From the human T2T-CHM13v2.0 reference genome, Homo sapiens: a stretch of 64,000 nt of DNA. Position numbers and translations under genes: made by a program. Shown in pieces: positions 13,294 through 26,833 of the stretch (its first letter is position 1; every line of letters begins with the position of its first letter). The notes beneath the pieces were generated by a model that was not told where the DNA came from, did no database searches, and saw only the letters and a program-made list of their open reading frames with translations. The stretch lies in assembly GCF_009914755.1 (NCBI RefSeq), contig NC_060942.1. One strand, 5' to 3'.

Positions 13294-15661
13294 CCTAAAT
13301 AATATTTCGTTATTTTATTCCTTAGAAAGCCTACTTTCTGTTGGACCACAAACCATTCAGCCAGGCACTATTGTAGTAGGTTAAGAGTATTCATATACTC
13401 TGGACTAGGGCTCATATGGATATTTCTCTCTCTCTCTTTCTGTCTATCTCTCTCCTTGTTTTCCTTTTGTAATATTCTTGCAGCCAAGATGATACTATTT
13501 CTCCTACTCTCCTACTTTATATGTCTTCATATCCCCAGTTGCTTTCCAACTAAATAAATGGTGGCTGACTAGAAGGAAATAGCATATTCCTGAATAAGCA
13601 AAAAGATCTTTGAATCCATCTATTATAACTACAAGTTAGTAGCGTGTGTATGACTTGACTTTACAATCATTTATATTTAAAATTGTAATTTCAAGGACCC
13701 TTATTTCATGACAGACTCTCAATTATCCATGCTTAGCTCACTGAATAGTAGCAAGGCACCAATAAATGAAAATGATAAATAACTTCAAAGTTCTATTAGC
13801 TCATAGTTTCAACTTTTTCTCCATTCTAACTTTCAGGAAAAGTTACTAATAATACACATTAAATGTATATTTTATACATCTGCCTCCTTTTCTGGTCTGT
13901 ATTTTTATGGAAATGTTAATGAGCAGTGAAATGATCAAAATGGGGTAATCCAATACATATAGAGAAAAGAAAAGGGAGAATGATGTTTCAAAATCTAAAA
14001 CATTATACCCTGAGATTAACCATGATTGTACTATGCAATGTAATGTTTCATTTCTGTTTATAAACCTTCTACCTGAAATGGCTGGACCCTAAGTTTAGAA
14101 TTTTTTCTTGGTGCTTGGAAACATGATAAGCTCCCATCAAATCTGTGTCTAACAGCTGTTTCTGGCTTTTCTTGCAAGGAAATTGGAAAGCAAATCTTAG
14201 TGGGAGCTCCTGTTCTTACCCAAATTTAAAATGGTATCAAAAGGCCAACTGCAATAAAATGAAAAAAAAAAAAAAAAAAGAAAAAAAAACACAGAAACCT
14301 GCATCACAGAATCTTGGACCTGGAAGACACTTAACATATGAAAGCATTGCAACGCTTTGTCAAATCTTTATGTTTTTCAAAATATAATTTTGTTAAGTAT
14401 ATAGATGACAGTCAGTAAAACAGACACTGGTGAAACTTCTCTGTTTGAAGTAGTGCACTGTGTTTCATCCTTTCTGCCCCCTCTTCCAGAGCACTCTCTA
14501 AGACTCCAGTAAAAAACCCTGAGATGCTATAGAATAACATTTAATAAGAAGAATACTGAATGTGTATGGATGATGGAGCCACAGAAGTCGAAAAGCTTGG
14601 GTCAGCTATTTAAGTAACTTACCCAAGAGAGACAATAACCTAATGATTTATTCACTATGATTTATTCACGTATCCATGTCTCTGTTCCAAAAGTACAAAA
14701 TTCTTCAAGGTGAAAGATTCAAGATTTTTTTCTCTGTGTCCAGAACATGGGCATAGTACCTCTCCCATCATGTGCTCAACCATGTAAGCTGTCTTCCCTG
14801 CTATCCATTCTAATGTGACCTAAATAAGAGATAATGCATAGATGAAACTTGTTAAGATTTGACTCGAGACTTTTTATTGGAGAATCGTTCTTTAATCATT
14901 CTAAGCTATATAAAAATTGTGTTATCAACAAAGCTATTAGCATTTTTCACTATTATTTTAATTTCTATTTAAACCAAAGACTAAAAATAGCTTGTATTCT
15001 AAGTTATTAAGTATTTTTTAATTAAAATATATAACAAGGTAGGTTTGTGAGACAGAAAGAAACGAAAAGAAAAACAATTTGATAGTTCAAAGCTCTTACT
15101 AATAGCGAAGTTCTTTTCTGGTCTTGCAAGAAGCAAAATCTCCCATTGTTGTATTATTACACAAGAAGAAGTTTCTCAGTTCTTACCAAAGAAATCAAAT
15201 GTAAACTGGCATTTCTGTGTTCTACAATACACGAAGATCCCAATATCAACGACTCAGTTCTAGAACATTGTTACATGCTTGCAGAAAACACATTCCCACA
15301 GTATACATTCCAAACGCTACAAGCTGGCTTAGATATTCTTACACTGCACTCACAGTAGGGTACTTAAGTTAGTTCCCACCACATGCTGTGCTCTCTTGCT
15401 GCCCGCCCAATGACACACGCTTGCTAGAGCATCCTGACCCTTCCTTGACAGATCCTACTTATCTTCCACTTTCGTTCACATTTTGTAGATATCATCTACT
15501 CCTTAAACCAAGTCTACTTTCATGCTTCTCTTAAATCCATTGTACCACTTTCTTTCCATATTTCAGCAATAATCACACTGCTTTTAACTTAGATCTGACC
15601 ACGTCTACCATCAGACCATAGATTATGGTGATCAACATTTTATTTATTTGCAGAATAACTG

Positions 15662-15987
15662 AATTAATTTTCTATGGCTGCTGTAATGAATTACTGTAGA
15701 GTTGGTTGCTCAAAAGATATGCATTATTTTGCAGTTGTGTAGGTCAAGAGTCTGACGAGGAACTCGCAACTCTCCCTAATCTCCACAGGAAAAAACTGTC
15801 AACTTTCAATAACTCATATAAACAGATTAGACCCACTTGGATAATCCAGAATAATGTCTTCATTTCAAAGTTGATAATTTTAATCATGTCTACAAGGTCC
15901 CTTTTGCAATGTAAAATAACGTATTTACACATTCTAAGAATTAGGGTGAGGGCAACTTTGGGGTGGCCCAATATTCTGTCTACCACA
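15662..15987 (-). mobile_element. MaLR LTR, MLT1C/D-like
   Basis: 'ttttctatggctgctgtaa', 'cccacttggataatccagaataat', 'gtcccttttgcaatgtaaaataac', ending 'attctgtctaccaca'. Confidence 0.85.
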
Positions 15988-16739
15988 CTGATGTAGACAA
16001 TAGTATTAGTTTTGTCAATATTTTATGTTTTCATCTTCATACTAGTCTTTTAAAGAAGTTAATAAAGTGATACTCGGGAATATGGCATAAAAATTTGATG
16101 CCAATATTTTCATTTGTGTTTAATGTTTTGGTCCCAAGCTTGTCATAAAATATTATGCTATAATGTACAAAGTTTTCTCCGTAATTTGTACAGAAAAAGG
16201 AAGAAGAGAATTGAGCCCTGACCAGATCCGCAAGAGAGTATAGACCACTACAACCACTGTGACTGATTGATGTGGTTCTTGGACTCCAAATGTATATATT
16301 TGTACCAAGTTACTAGTAATACACAAAATCTTTAATAATTTTTTTTACATTTTAAAAATATTTTAATATCAGTTCAAGGATGGTCTATCAAAATAAGAAA
16401 ATAATGTTTTTAAAAGAAATTAAATTGTTCTAAAAGGATAAATTACAAAGATAATTCTCAGAATGATGATTAAAATGATAGTTTATCATGTTCAATTTCA
16501 AAAGAATCAAGTAGACATAAAGCAAGGTATTACATGATGAAAGTCAGCATCACAAATTAATTTTATAAAACATCGTATATCACATAGTATTAGTGCTAAT
16601 TAGAATTTTATTGGTTATAGTTTTACATTGATTTAATTTGTAAATGGATTTGGTCTTTATGGTAGTAAAATTCTATAAACATAAGGAGTTTATCACTAGT
16701 TTTAAATATACTTATGCAACATTGAATGTTTATCTTTAA

Positions 16740-17380
<641 letters not shown>

Positions 17381-17754
17381 CACTTATGTGTTTCCTTATC
17401 CACAGAATTGATTCTGAAATACTGCCATTAAAATGCTAAAAGTTATTTTTACATACATTATACATAGGAACTGCTGTACTCATTTTGTTTTAATTTTCAT
17501 GACTATTTCACCTGTTTATTCTCCTTTATCTGTCTAATCTATTACCCTATTTCTTTTTATTAGATGAATTTATGTAATTAAAACTCACCAAAGTTAAACA
17601 TAATTATAGCCCACAGTGCCTAATATCGTGCAAACTGCACTTACCTCTTCTAAGAAACAGAAGATAAATAAAATTTTCAGTTATGCTTATTTCCTGGGCA
17701 ATAATTCTCTTCCCTGTGTATTTGTGTCTTAAAAGAACATACTCATTAATAGTT

Positions 17755-17850
17755 TTTGCAAAAAATATACATATATTTTTAAAATATATACATATATACA
17801 AAAATATATACATATATACACAAATATATATATATTATATATATATATTT
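17755..17850. repeat. (TA)n-rich low-complexity repeat
   Basis: Read directly. Confidence 0.85.
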
Positions 17851-19597
17851 GCTACACTACCACCGCACAATGAATCCTGCAAACAGTAGCTACCATTAAG
17901 TCATACTGACAGAATAGTAATCCTTTTTCAAACAAGTTAATCACCAGGAGGGGTAGTTATTGCTGGATATTGGAGAACAGGTTTAAAAGTGTTAACAGCT
18001 GTGTCAACATTGCTACTTACTTTAGGTTAGGAACTAAAACATGACTGGATTTTTAGCATATGCCATACCACAGGTAGTTTGAAATCTCTGCAAAATAGTG
18101 AGTGACTGATTTATTGATTTCTGATATTCTACATTGTCCCTGATGCACAAATCACAAGAAAATCCAAAATGTATCTATTTATTAGCAGTAGAGAGCAACC
18201 AGAGATCATTTAGTCTTATGTGTAGCACTATTATTAAATTGTTCAGCCCTCATTCTTGCTCTTGGTAACTAACATAAGCCTAAGCATTTGCAAGTTTGCA
18301 TCCTACTTTTCTTGTACAGAAAATATATCAAATGTTCCAATTGCTGGGCTTTTGCCAACGCAGAGAGCCTCTCATCCAAAAGTATTTTGAAAAATTAGTT
18401 CAGGTCTCTGTAGAGTACCTTCCTGAATGTTGAGTTTCTTACCTTTCAGACTAGCTATCCATCATAAAACATTTTTATTGCCTTGCAAAATTTTCTTTTT
18501 TAAATCTCATTTGCTATTTCCTACTGGCTGTTATACTCTGAAAGAAATTTAGTACCCAGACATATTTCCCAGAACCTGGGCAGAAGCTACGTTCATCAGT
18601 TTCAAGTTGTGTCCTATCTTTTAAGTGGAAAATATTACAATCCATTACATTATTTTACTCTGAAATTTGGATTGTTAAGCTAATGCACATTAATATCTTT
18701 TTGAGTCCTTCTGTGGTGTTTCAGTTGTTTGTTGTTGAGACCGAGAGGGAAAAAATCATTGGCTTATATAATCTTTTACCTTTCCTATCCTTCAGATTCA
18801 TAAAATCAAGGGGTTGAAAATGACATTGTCTAAAGCTCCTTCCATTTCTAACATTCAAAGTTTCCATAATTGGGTAGATCTCCATATTGCTATCTCTATC
18901 CGTTTTCTACAGTGATTTAATGTTTCTCAATTACTAATGGAGGTATTTAGTATTTTTCTTAACATGTCAGTAATTTGTTTACTGGATATTGAATTCATCA
19001 AAAGTTTTTTTTTTTGTCCTCGTAAACACAAGCAATTATCCCAATATCTGACATATATATTTAATTAATGGTTATCAAATGAATTAATATTGATATTTGG
19101 CATCTATTTACTGGGGGGAGGCAAAGTTTTTAGGAAGGTCAAGTTCTCACTTGTCAATGCTGATCTCTGCTTTCTTATTTTCCCAACCTAGGAATCAAGG
19201 GTTAACCTGATTATAGTAGGTTACATTGAAGAAGTCAGGAAGATGGACTTTTCAAACTGACTCCAGGAACAGAACAAGGGCAAACTTCCATCTCACTTCC
19301 TACTCATGGAGAAACCAGTTATTAAGCATAAATTTACTCCCATCCCCACATAACTCACCACTCTTAGTTGTAGTCCTACCTGTATTTTCTTCACTTATTC
19401 AATACTAGAGGTGCAAATGACTGCCCCCTTCCCTGCCACTTGGCTCTCCCAGGCTAGTTTGTCTACCTTCTCTCTGAATCCTTTCACCTGATACCTTATT
19501 CATTTATGCTTCTGACCCCTTTATCTTTGACTTTTTCCTCTCTACTGTTGTTTCCCTTACCTATAAGACATATTCAAATTTTGCCAATTAAAAAAAA

Positions 19598-20425
19598 AAA
19601 AACTGGCTGGCCACATGTAGAAAGCTGAAACTGGATCCCTTCCTTACACTTTACACAAAAACCAATTCAAGATGGATTAAAGACTTAAATGTTAGACCTA
19701 AAACCATTAAAACCCTAGAAGAAAACCTAGGCATTACCATTCAGGACATAGGCATGGGCAAGGACTTCATGACTAAAACACCAAAAGCAATGCCAACAAA
19801 AGTCAAAATAGACTAATGGGATCTAATTAAACTAAGGATGTTCTGCATGTCAAAAGAAACTACCATCAGAGTGAACAGGCAACCTACAGAATGGGAGAAA
19901 ATTTTTGCAAACTGTCCATCTGAGAAAGGGCTAATATCCAGAATCTACAAAGAACTCAAATTTACAAGAAAAAAACAAACAACCTCATCAAAAAGTGGGC
20001 AAAGGATATGAACAGACACTTCTCAAAAGAAGACATTTATGCAGCCAAAAGACACATGAAAAAATGCTCATCATCACTGGTCATCAGAGAAATACAAATC
20101 AAAACCACAATGAGATACCATCTCATGCCAGTTAGAATGGCGATCATTAAAAAGTCAGGAAACAACAGATGCTGGAGAAGATGTGGAAAAATAAGAACAC
20201 TTTTACACTGTTGGTGAGAGTGTAAATTAGTTCAACCATAGTGGAAGACAGTGTGGCGATTCCTCAAGGATCTAGAACTAGAATTAACATTTTGACCCAA
20301 CAATCCCATTACTGGGTATAAACCAAAAGGATTATAAATCATACTACCATAAAGACACATGCACACATATGTTTATTGTAGCACATGTACCCTAGAACTT
20401 AAAGTATAATTAAAAATAAATAAAT
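19598..20425 (+). mobile_element. 5'-truncated L1PA (L1PA4-7-like) with an internal deletion
   Basis: Close match to L1 ORF2 (track ORF 20008-20217 [24 protein letters not shown]...). Ends 'catgtaccctagaacttaaagtataat' plus A-tail. Confidence 0.95.
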
Positions 20426-21078
20426 TAATTAATTTTTAAAAAACTTAAGATAAACTAAAGAAAGTAAAACAAAAGTAAAGAAAACCTTACAGATTTCACT
20501 GGTAAACAACCTACTGCCTTTTATTTTATGGTTAATCATAAAATAAAATATCTATAGCTATTTCTCCAGTTTCTAAGCCAACTCCTTTCGTGCTAAACCC
20601 AACATAATAGTAATCTCCTGCACACTGTAAAATATTTTCTCTTAAAGTAGTATGACCTCTTATCTTCCAAATCAAATGATTTTTAGTCCATTTAATCTCT
20701 CTGAGTGTTTGGTTTATTGAATTCCCTGTTTCTTGAATTTTGCAACTTCTTTCCTATTTGAGTGTTAGTCTACCCTAAGTTTACTTTTCTTTTCTAAATA
20801 CTCAATGACTTTGTTCTAACATTGTGTGAGATGGTGTAGATAGGTAAATTATCATAATATTTTAAAGTAGTAGCTGTTAATAAATATGCTGGTTACTACT
20901 ACTTTTTTTTTCTTTTCTCTTAAATTTTGATATTTATGGGGTTCTTGCATCAATTTTTCTTTTTCAACCCCACAAAATTGCTTTGGGTGATTTCAAAGAT
21001 AGTAATGTTTTTAACTACCTGCTATTTTATCTCCAATTCTTTTTCTTCTTCTTAAGGAGCTTTCACTTTTTAACCTGT

Positions 21079-21439
21079 GCAATAGTCTGAATGTCTGTAT
21101 CCCTGTAAAATTTTCTGTTGAAATCTAATCACCAGTAAGGTGCTATTAGGACTGGGGCTTTTTGGAGGAGGTTAGATCATGAGGAAGGAGGCTTCATAAA
21201 TATGATTTAATGTCCTTATAAAAGACATCCCAGAGAGCTGGCTTACCCCTTCCACCATGTGAAGGGACAGCAAGTGAGAAAGCAGGATCTATGAACCAGG
21301 GAGCAGGCCCTTACCAGGCACTGAATCTACTGGCCCTTTGATGGTAGACATCCCAGCCTCCGGAACTGAAATAAATTTCTGTTATTTATAAGATACACAA
21401 TTTCTGGTATTTTGTTATAGCAGCCCAAACAGAATAAGA
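21079..21439 (+). mobile_element. MaLR LTR, MLT1A0-like
   Basis: 'tctgaatgtctgtatccc...gttgaaatctaatcacca', 'ccttccaccatgtga', 'aataaatttctgtt', 'gttatagcagcccaaacag'. Confidence 0.9.
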
Positions 21440-21739
21440 AAATCTCCATTCCATCATTTCTATGTGTCAGACTCAGAAATTTATTATGAATGTCCTGATC
21501 TAATGTCCTAATTTCTGAACTACTCACTGTTTCTCTCTTAATTTTTGCTCACATCCAATTCAAATAATCCTCTGAACTAAATGAGGATGATCATTCTAAA
21601 AACCCTCCAATAATTAAAATTCCTTGATGTGCCACCATATGTTGAATTAACATTTCTTTGGTAACCATTCTGTAGTAAGCACCGTGGTTGTGCTTTCCAG
21701 ACACGCCTGCATTTTGAATATACAATTATACATCCATTG

Positions 21740-22170
21740 TTTTTAGAGAGATCACTGTTTTTGACTTAGAAGAGAAAACTGAATGGCAGATTAGAGTGAA
21801 TTGAGATATTATTCTAATGTCTGGGCTAGATATGATGAGGGCTACAGTAGTGTCACTGAGGATCTGTGGTTATTTAACATAGAGAATCAGCAGGACATGG
21901 TAATTTCTAGAATGAGATATTAGTTAATGGGTTCAGGAAATTGGATGGATGATGTTAATATTAATCAGGGTAAAGAAACAGGGACAGAAATAATAATGGA
22001 AGGTAGGACATAATAGTGAATGCTGTTTTAACCTCTTGAGTTTGAGTTGCCTCTTAGACATCCAAGTGGGCAGGTCTAGGAGGCAATTGGATATGGAGTT
22101 TTAGCTTTAGAAGATGCAACTGGGCTGATGGTTCTGATCTGAAAGTTAATGGTAGATCACAGAAATATGA
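21740..22170 (-). mobile_element. L2 fragment
   Basis: 'ttgagtttgagttgcctcttagacatccaagtgg...aggcaattggatat', typical of L2 antisense. Confidence 0.65.
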
Positions 22171-23349
22171 TTAATCATCAATTATGTACCCCTTCCAGGG
22201 TATCACAGTCAATGTTGACTCTTAAATCCTTATATTTTAATTCAAGATATTTCCTGAGAATAACTTATTTTAGTCAAATCTTTTTTCAATAAAATCAAAA
22301 TAGATTATTAAATGTAGACTACAAAAAGCAAATATAAGTACCATTGCAAGAAACTCAGAGCACCAAGGCAGTGGCAAACAGAATATAATGTCAACTTTTG
22401 AAGAATTTTAATTATTTCTTATCTTTCCACAGTTTGGGGCCTGGAGAGAACTGGAGCTAGACCACAGTATTCACGGGATTCATTCTGCTGGAAAGATGAT
22501 GTCTGGGAATATCTTAGTTAGCTTCATATGAGGAGGTTCTATTTGGGAAACAAGCAGTTATTATAAAACTCTACTAATATAAATACTTGAAATTAACACA
22601 TCAGCATGTTTCTCTAGGAGCATGCCATGAAGTCAGGCACAATGGCAAGCATATTGCAGTTACTGCCTCAGATTTACAATGTTTATATGCCACTCCTTCT
22701 GAAATTCATGCCTCATTGTGCTGCTTATCAGCTAGAAACAGAAAGCTGGTAAACATAGAGAACTGTTATTGTTTTTTTGGTCCAAGTTTCAAGTTGGGCA
22801 GGAAGAGTTGGAATTAGAAGATAAATTTTTCAGCAGCAAAGCTCTTCCTCAAGATAAAGCCACCAGAAGCTTCCAGCTCAGGAAGAGTTCTGCAATTGTG
22901 TTTATGTAAAGGAGGATCTAAAATTCATCTACACTTCAGGGGAAAACTTAGAAGACAATCTTGACCACATGATAACGAACAGCAGTCGTGAGGAAAAATA
23001 TGACCAAAACCTGGTCAGGTAATGCTGAGAAGATACGGTGATAGCCCTTATTGGGGTCTGAGTTGCAATGGTAGAACACATGTTTTAAGTATGTGTTTAC
23101 ATTAAAAAGAAAAACATTTGCTTTTCCCTTGCATTCTACCTTCACTTTCTTATTTCTTCAGAACACCTCCAGTAATGTTCTTGAGTGTTAGAATGGAAAC
23201 AAGGCAGGAAAACAGGAGAAAGCAGAAGAACGTGTCCACCCCAGCCCCCTGGAAGGCTGTTGATTCTGAGGCAGGCAGCCATGAGACACCAGTAGCGCCA
23301 ACATTTGGAGGACGCAGATTTTGACTAAGAGCAGTTTTGCACTCCCTTT

Positions 23350-23620
23350 AACTGTTGATAATATGAGCTAACTAAATACATAGTATGTTTCAGACATTGT
23401 ATTCATAATAAGGGCTTTATGAACATCGTGTAATTTATTTCTTACTCCCCATGAACTAGGCAGTAGTGTGTCTATTTAACAAACAAGCAATCAGTTTATG
23501 AGGCTTTAAGGGCAACCTGCATAAGATCACACTCCAGGGAAAGGATCTGGGACCCAAATCTCAGCTTTCTATTTGACTCCCAAGCCTCTGCTCCTGCATT
23601 CGCCATTACATTGCTTACTA
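23350..23620 (-). mobile_element. MIR
   Basis: 'aagatcacact...ctgggacccaaatctcag...tttgactcccaagcctctgctc'. Confidence 0.65.
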
Positions 23621-24769
23621 AAAGCACCACGCCTTGTCAGTCACTGCAAACAGAATTCTTAAGCTAAAAACAAACACAACTAAACAGCAACCAAGGAAGA
23701 AAGAAGTTGTCTGAGATTCAGAAGGGAATATCCAGGATAAGAAAAAGGAATATGAGGAAATTCAGTAAAGGGACATAAAGGAAATACACACATTTGCCAA
23801 GTTTAGAAATGCTCTCATCAAGCAAGAGCGGCTTGGGTGTTTCAATCTATCACATTTCCCAGTACTTAGAAAATCAGAATCCTAATTTATTTCACTGGCC
23901 TCTTTGGCATTACTGTTATTACACACACACAAACAAAGCACAGATAGAGTAGGCCTGGTTCTTCTTTTTTAATGAAGGCTGTGGGCGAGTAGGGAATACT
24001 TCTCTCTGGAAAGCAAATACCCTTTCTCTCTTTTTTTTAGTCCCTGAATCTCATCCACCTCCACATACACATTAGTGAATAAATATTACACACCGTTCTT
24101 ACTACCAAATAGGCAAAACTCTCAGAAGCTGATACTGTTTCTTTCTAGCCCATGTGGAGCTTTAAAGAGAATCACCATGCCCCTGGTGGACAATTGAATG
24201 TTGCGTTAGCCAAGTAACCTTCTCCCACAGAACTATTAATGGAGACTCTGGGGCGCCTCTTCTTAAAGCTCCTGCTTTGAATCACTGCTATGTTCAACTG
24301 AGCAAGTGAAAAAGTGAAAATTCTGACACAGTGAAATTGAGATTTGAAGATTCCTGGAAACTACCAGGAGTACAGTGTGTTTCTGCCAACCAGAAATGGG
24401 ATCTGTTGGAGCACCCTTCCTAAAGGGGGCAGCTCCCAACATCAGCCACTCTGAAATGTAGAATATCAATTACTGGAAACATCACCTTAAGCACATGTGC
24501 AAGGTGGTATGAAAGGGGCTTTTCAACTTAGAATTTCATAAAGTTAATAAAAAGAATTATTTTGAGGAAAAAATGACCGTTAACTATTAAGTAAATTGTG
24601 CATTAATATTTGAGCTATTATATTAAGCATGACTTTGTTTAACTTGTTATAAATAATATGTGAATATTTTCATACCTTAGCAAAGGATAACTTCCTATTG
24701 TTCTTATTGTCTTTTCTTTGGTTAAAAGTTAATTTTCAGGCACTCTATCTATAATGCTTCTAAATAAAG

Positions 24770-24772
<3 letters not shown>

Positions 24773-24804
<32 letters not shown>
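24773..24804. repeat. (GT)n microsatellite
   Basis: Read directly. Confidence 0.95.
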
Positions 24805-24810
<6 letters not shown>

Positions 24811-24863
24811 TGCACATATGTGCATATTTAAAAACCATTTAGAGTATAAAAACAATAACAATA

Positions 24864-26022
24864 AAAAATTTAGAAAAACACTGAACATAAAAATGATGAT
24901 TATCTCATCACAATCAGATAAATTTATTTTAAAAAAACCATCTGTACTTCCATAGGGGAATATATTAGTCAGCGTTCTCTAGAGGGACAGAGCTAATAGG
25001 ATATATAAATATAACTAACAGGATATATATATATAAATACATTATATATATAGGAGTTTAATAAGTATTAATTCACACAATCACAGGGTCCCACAATAAG
25101 CCGTCTGCAAGCTGAGGAGCCAGAAAGCCTGTTAGAGTACCAAAACTGAAGAACTTGGTTTCTGATGTTCCAGGGCAGGAAGGGTCCAAGATGGGAGAAA
25201 GATGTAGGCTGGGAAGCTAGGCCAGTCTACTCTTTTCACGTTTTTCTGCCTGCTTTGTATTCTAGCTGCACTGGCAGCTGATTAGATGGTGCCCGCCCAG
25301 ATTAAGGGTGGGTCTGCCTTTCCCAGCCCACTGACTCCAATGTTAATCTCCTTTGGCAACACCCTCATAGACACACCCAGGATCAATACTTTGCATCCTT
25401 CAATCCAATCAAGTTGACACTCAGTATTAACTGTCACAGGCAGAGAAGTTGTAGCAAGCATTTTACAGAATATTTCATTGAAAGTAACATTTTTATTATG
25501 TGTCTGGATCTATGCAGAAACAAAATGAGTGGTTATTACAGAATATGTATGTGTGTACATATACGTGTGTGTATGTGTATATATGTGTGTATATGTACAC
25601 ATATATGTATATATGTGTGTATATGTACACATATATATGTGTGTATATGTATACCTTTAATATTATTAAGAGTTATTAAAGAATATGTATATATGTGTGT
25701 GCATATACATGTGTATATGTGTGTATACGTAAAATATGCATATACACACACATATACACATACACACAAATACACACATATATGCACACACATATATATA
25801 CACACAGATGCATACACATACATATTCTTTAATAACACCATTAATTTTGCTTCTGCATAGATCCATACAAATAATAAAAATGTGACTTTCAATGAAATAT
25901 TCTGGAATATACTTGCTACAGCTTCTCTGCCCTATGGAAGTATTTGTGGGTTTTTTACAAATTTAGTTGATTTTACTGAGATAAGCATCATTTTTATATT
26001 CAATGTTTTTCTAATTTTTTTT
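24864..26022. repeat. Long inverted repeat (fold-back) with a microsatellite core; left arm interrupted by MLT2A
   Basis: 25439-25555 is the reverse complement of ~25811-25931 (~89% by eye). 24864-24955 is the reverse complement of ~25932-26022 (~80% by eye). Confidence 0.9.
24961..25438 (-). mobile_element. ERVL solo LTR, MLT2A1/MLT2A2
   Basis: 'tattagtcagcgttctctagagggacaga' through 'ccttcaatccaatcaagttgacactcagtattaactgtcaca'. Degenerate 5-bp TSD gggaa/ggcag. Confidence 0.93.
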
Positions 26023-26682
26023 TACTGTACGTAAGCCCTGTAATTAATGGTTAACTCTTGATTTATAATATCAACTATTAATCCCAGCCAGTGCAGTCAG
26101 AGGTAAAGACTTGTTACCTTGCCAAAGGTGTACAGCTTAATCTGGAAAGAAGTTCTTGAAAAATAAAAGGAGAAAATGGATGATTTCAAAATCATCACTT
26201 TCAGGTAATATGCTTATGGGAAGTTCTTATGTATTTTTAACTCCCCCAGGAAAGGCAAGCTGTACATGAGAGTTACTACTGAGACATCTTGCCTTGTTCT
26301 CCTTGAAAATTATAGTTCATATAAGAAACATGAAACTAAAAAGAACTGACCTATCTTTATGTAAGAAGACTCATTTTCTTTATGTATTGTCTTGATTGAG
26401 AATAGTTTGGGCAGACAAGTCAGGAATCGTCAATTGTTTCCTTGAAGATTGTACATCTTGCTAGAAGGAGTTTCATGGGTACAGCCTTATGAGCTCTGGT
26501 TACAGTCTTAGCCACTGATGCCTTCAGCGGTTACATGATCTTTTGTATCTGGGTCATCGCATCCAGACAACAGCTGGAGTTCATGGCAGTTTTGTGACAC
26601 CAAAAAACTATTAAAGGGAGAAAGAACAATAAAAAAAATGTTATATGAATCTTACCAGAAAGTAATTTTATTTTCACAAAAT

Positions 26683-26833
26683 CAGGATGACCACACTACC
26701 TCCTCAACCATCCCAGTTTGCCCAGGGCGGTCCTCACTAATGCCCACAGTACTGGCAAAGTTATCAGTAGCATCTGCTCTCTCTTTCAACATTTTGGGGG
26801 GAGGATTTGGATAATATATTGTAGGGTTACCTA
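26683..26833 (+). mobile_element. MER94-like hAT-Blackjack MITE
   Basis: Degenerate TIRs 'caggatgacca' and 'gggttaccta'; internal 'tcccagtttgcccaggg...gttatcagtagc...tttggataata'. Confidence 0.7.

Noticed and set aside
20008-20217. 69-aa ORF with real protein similarity
   Set aside because: Fragment of L1 ORF2p in a truncated, frameshifted copy.
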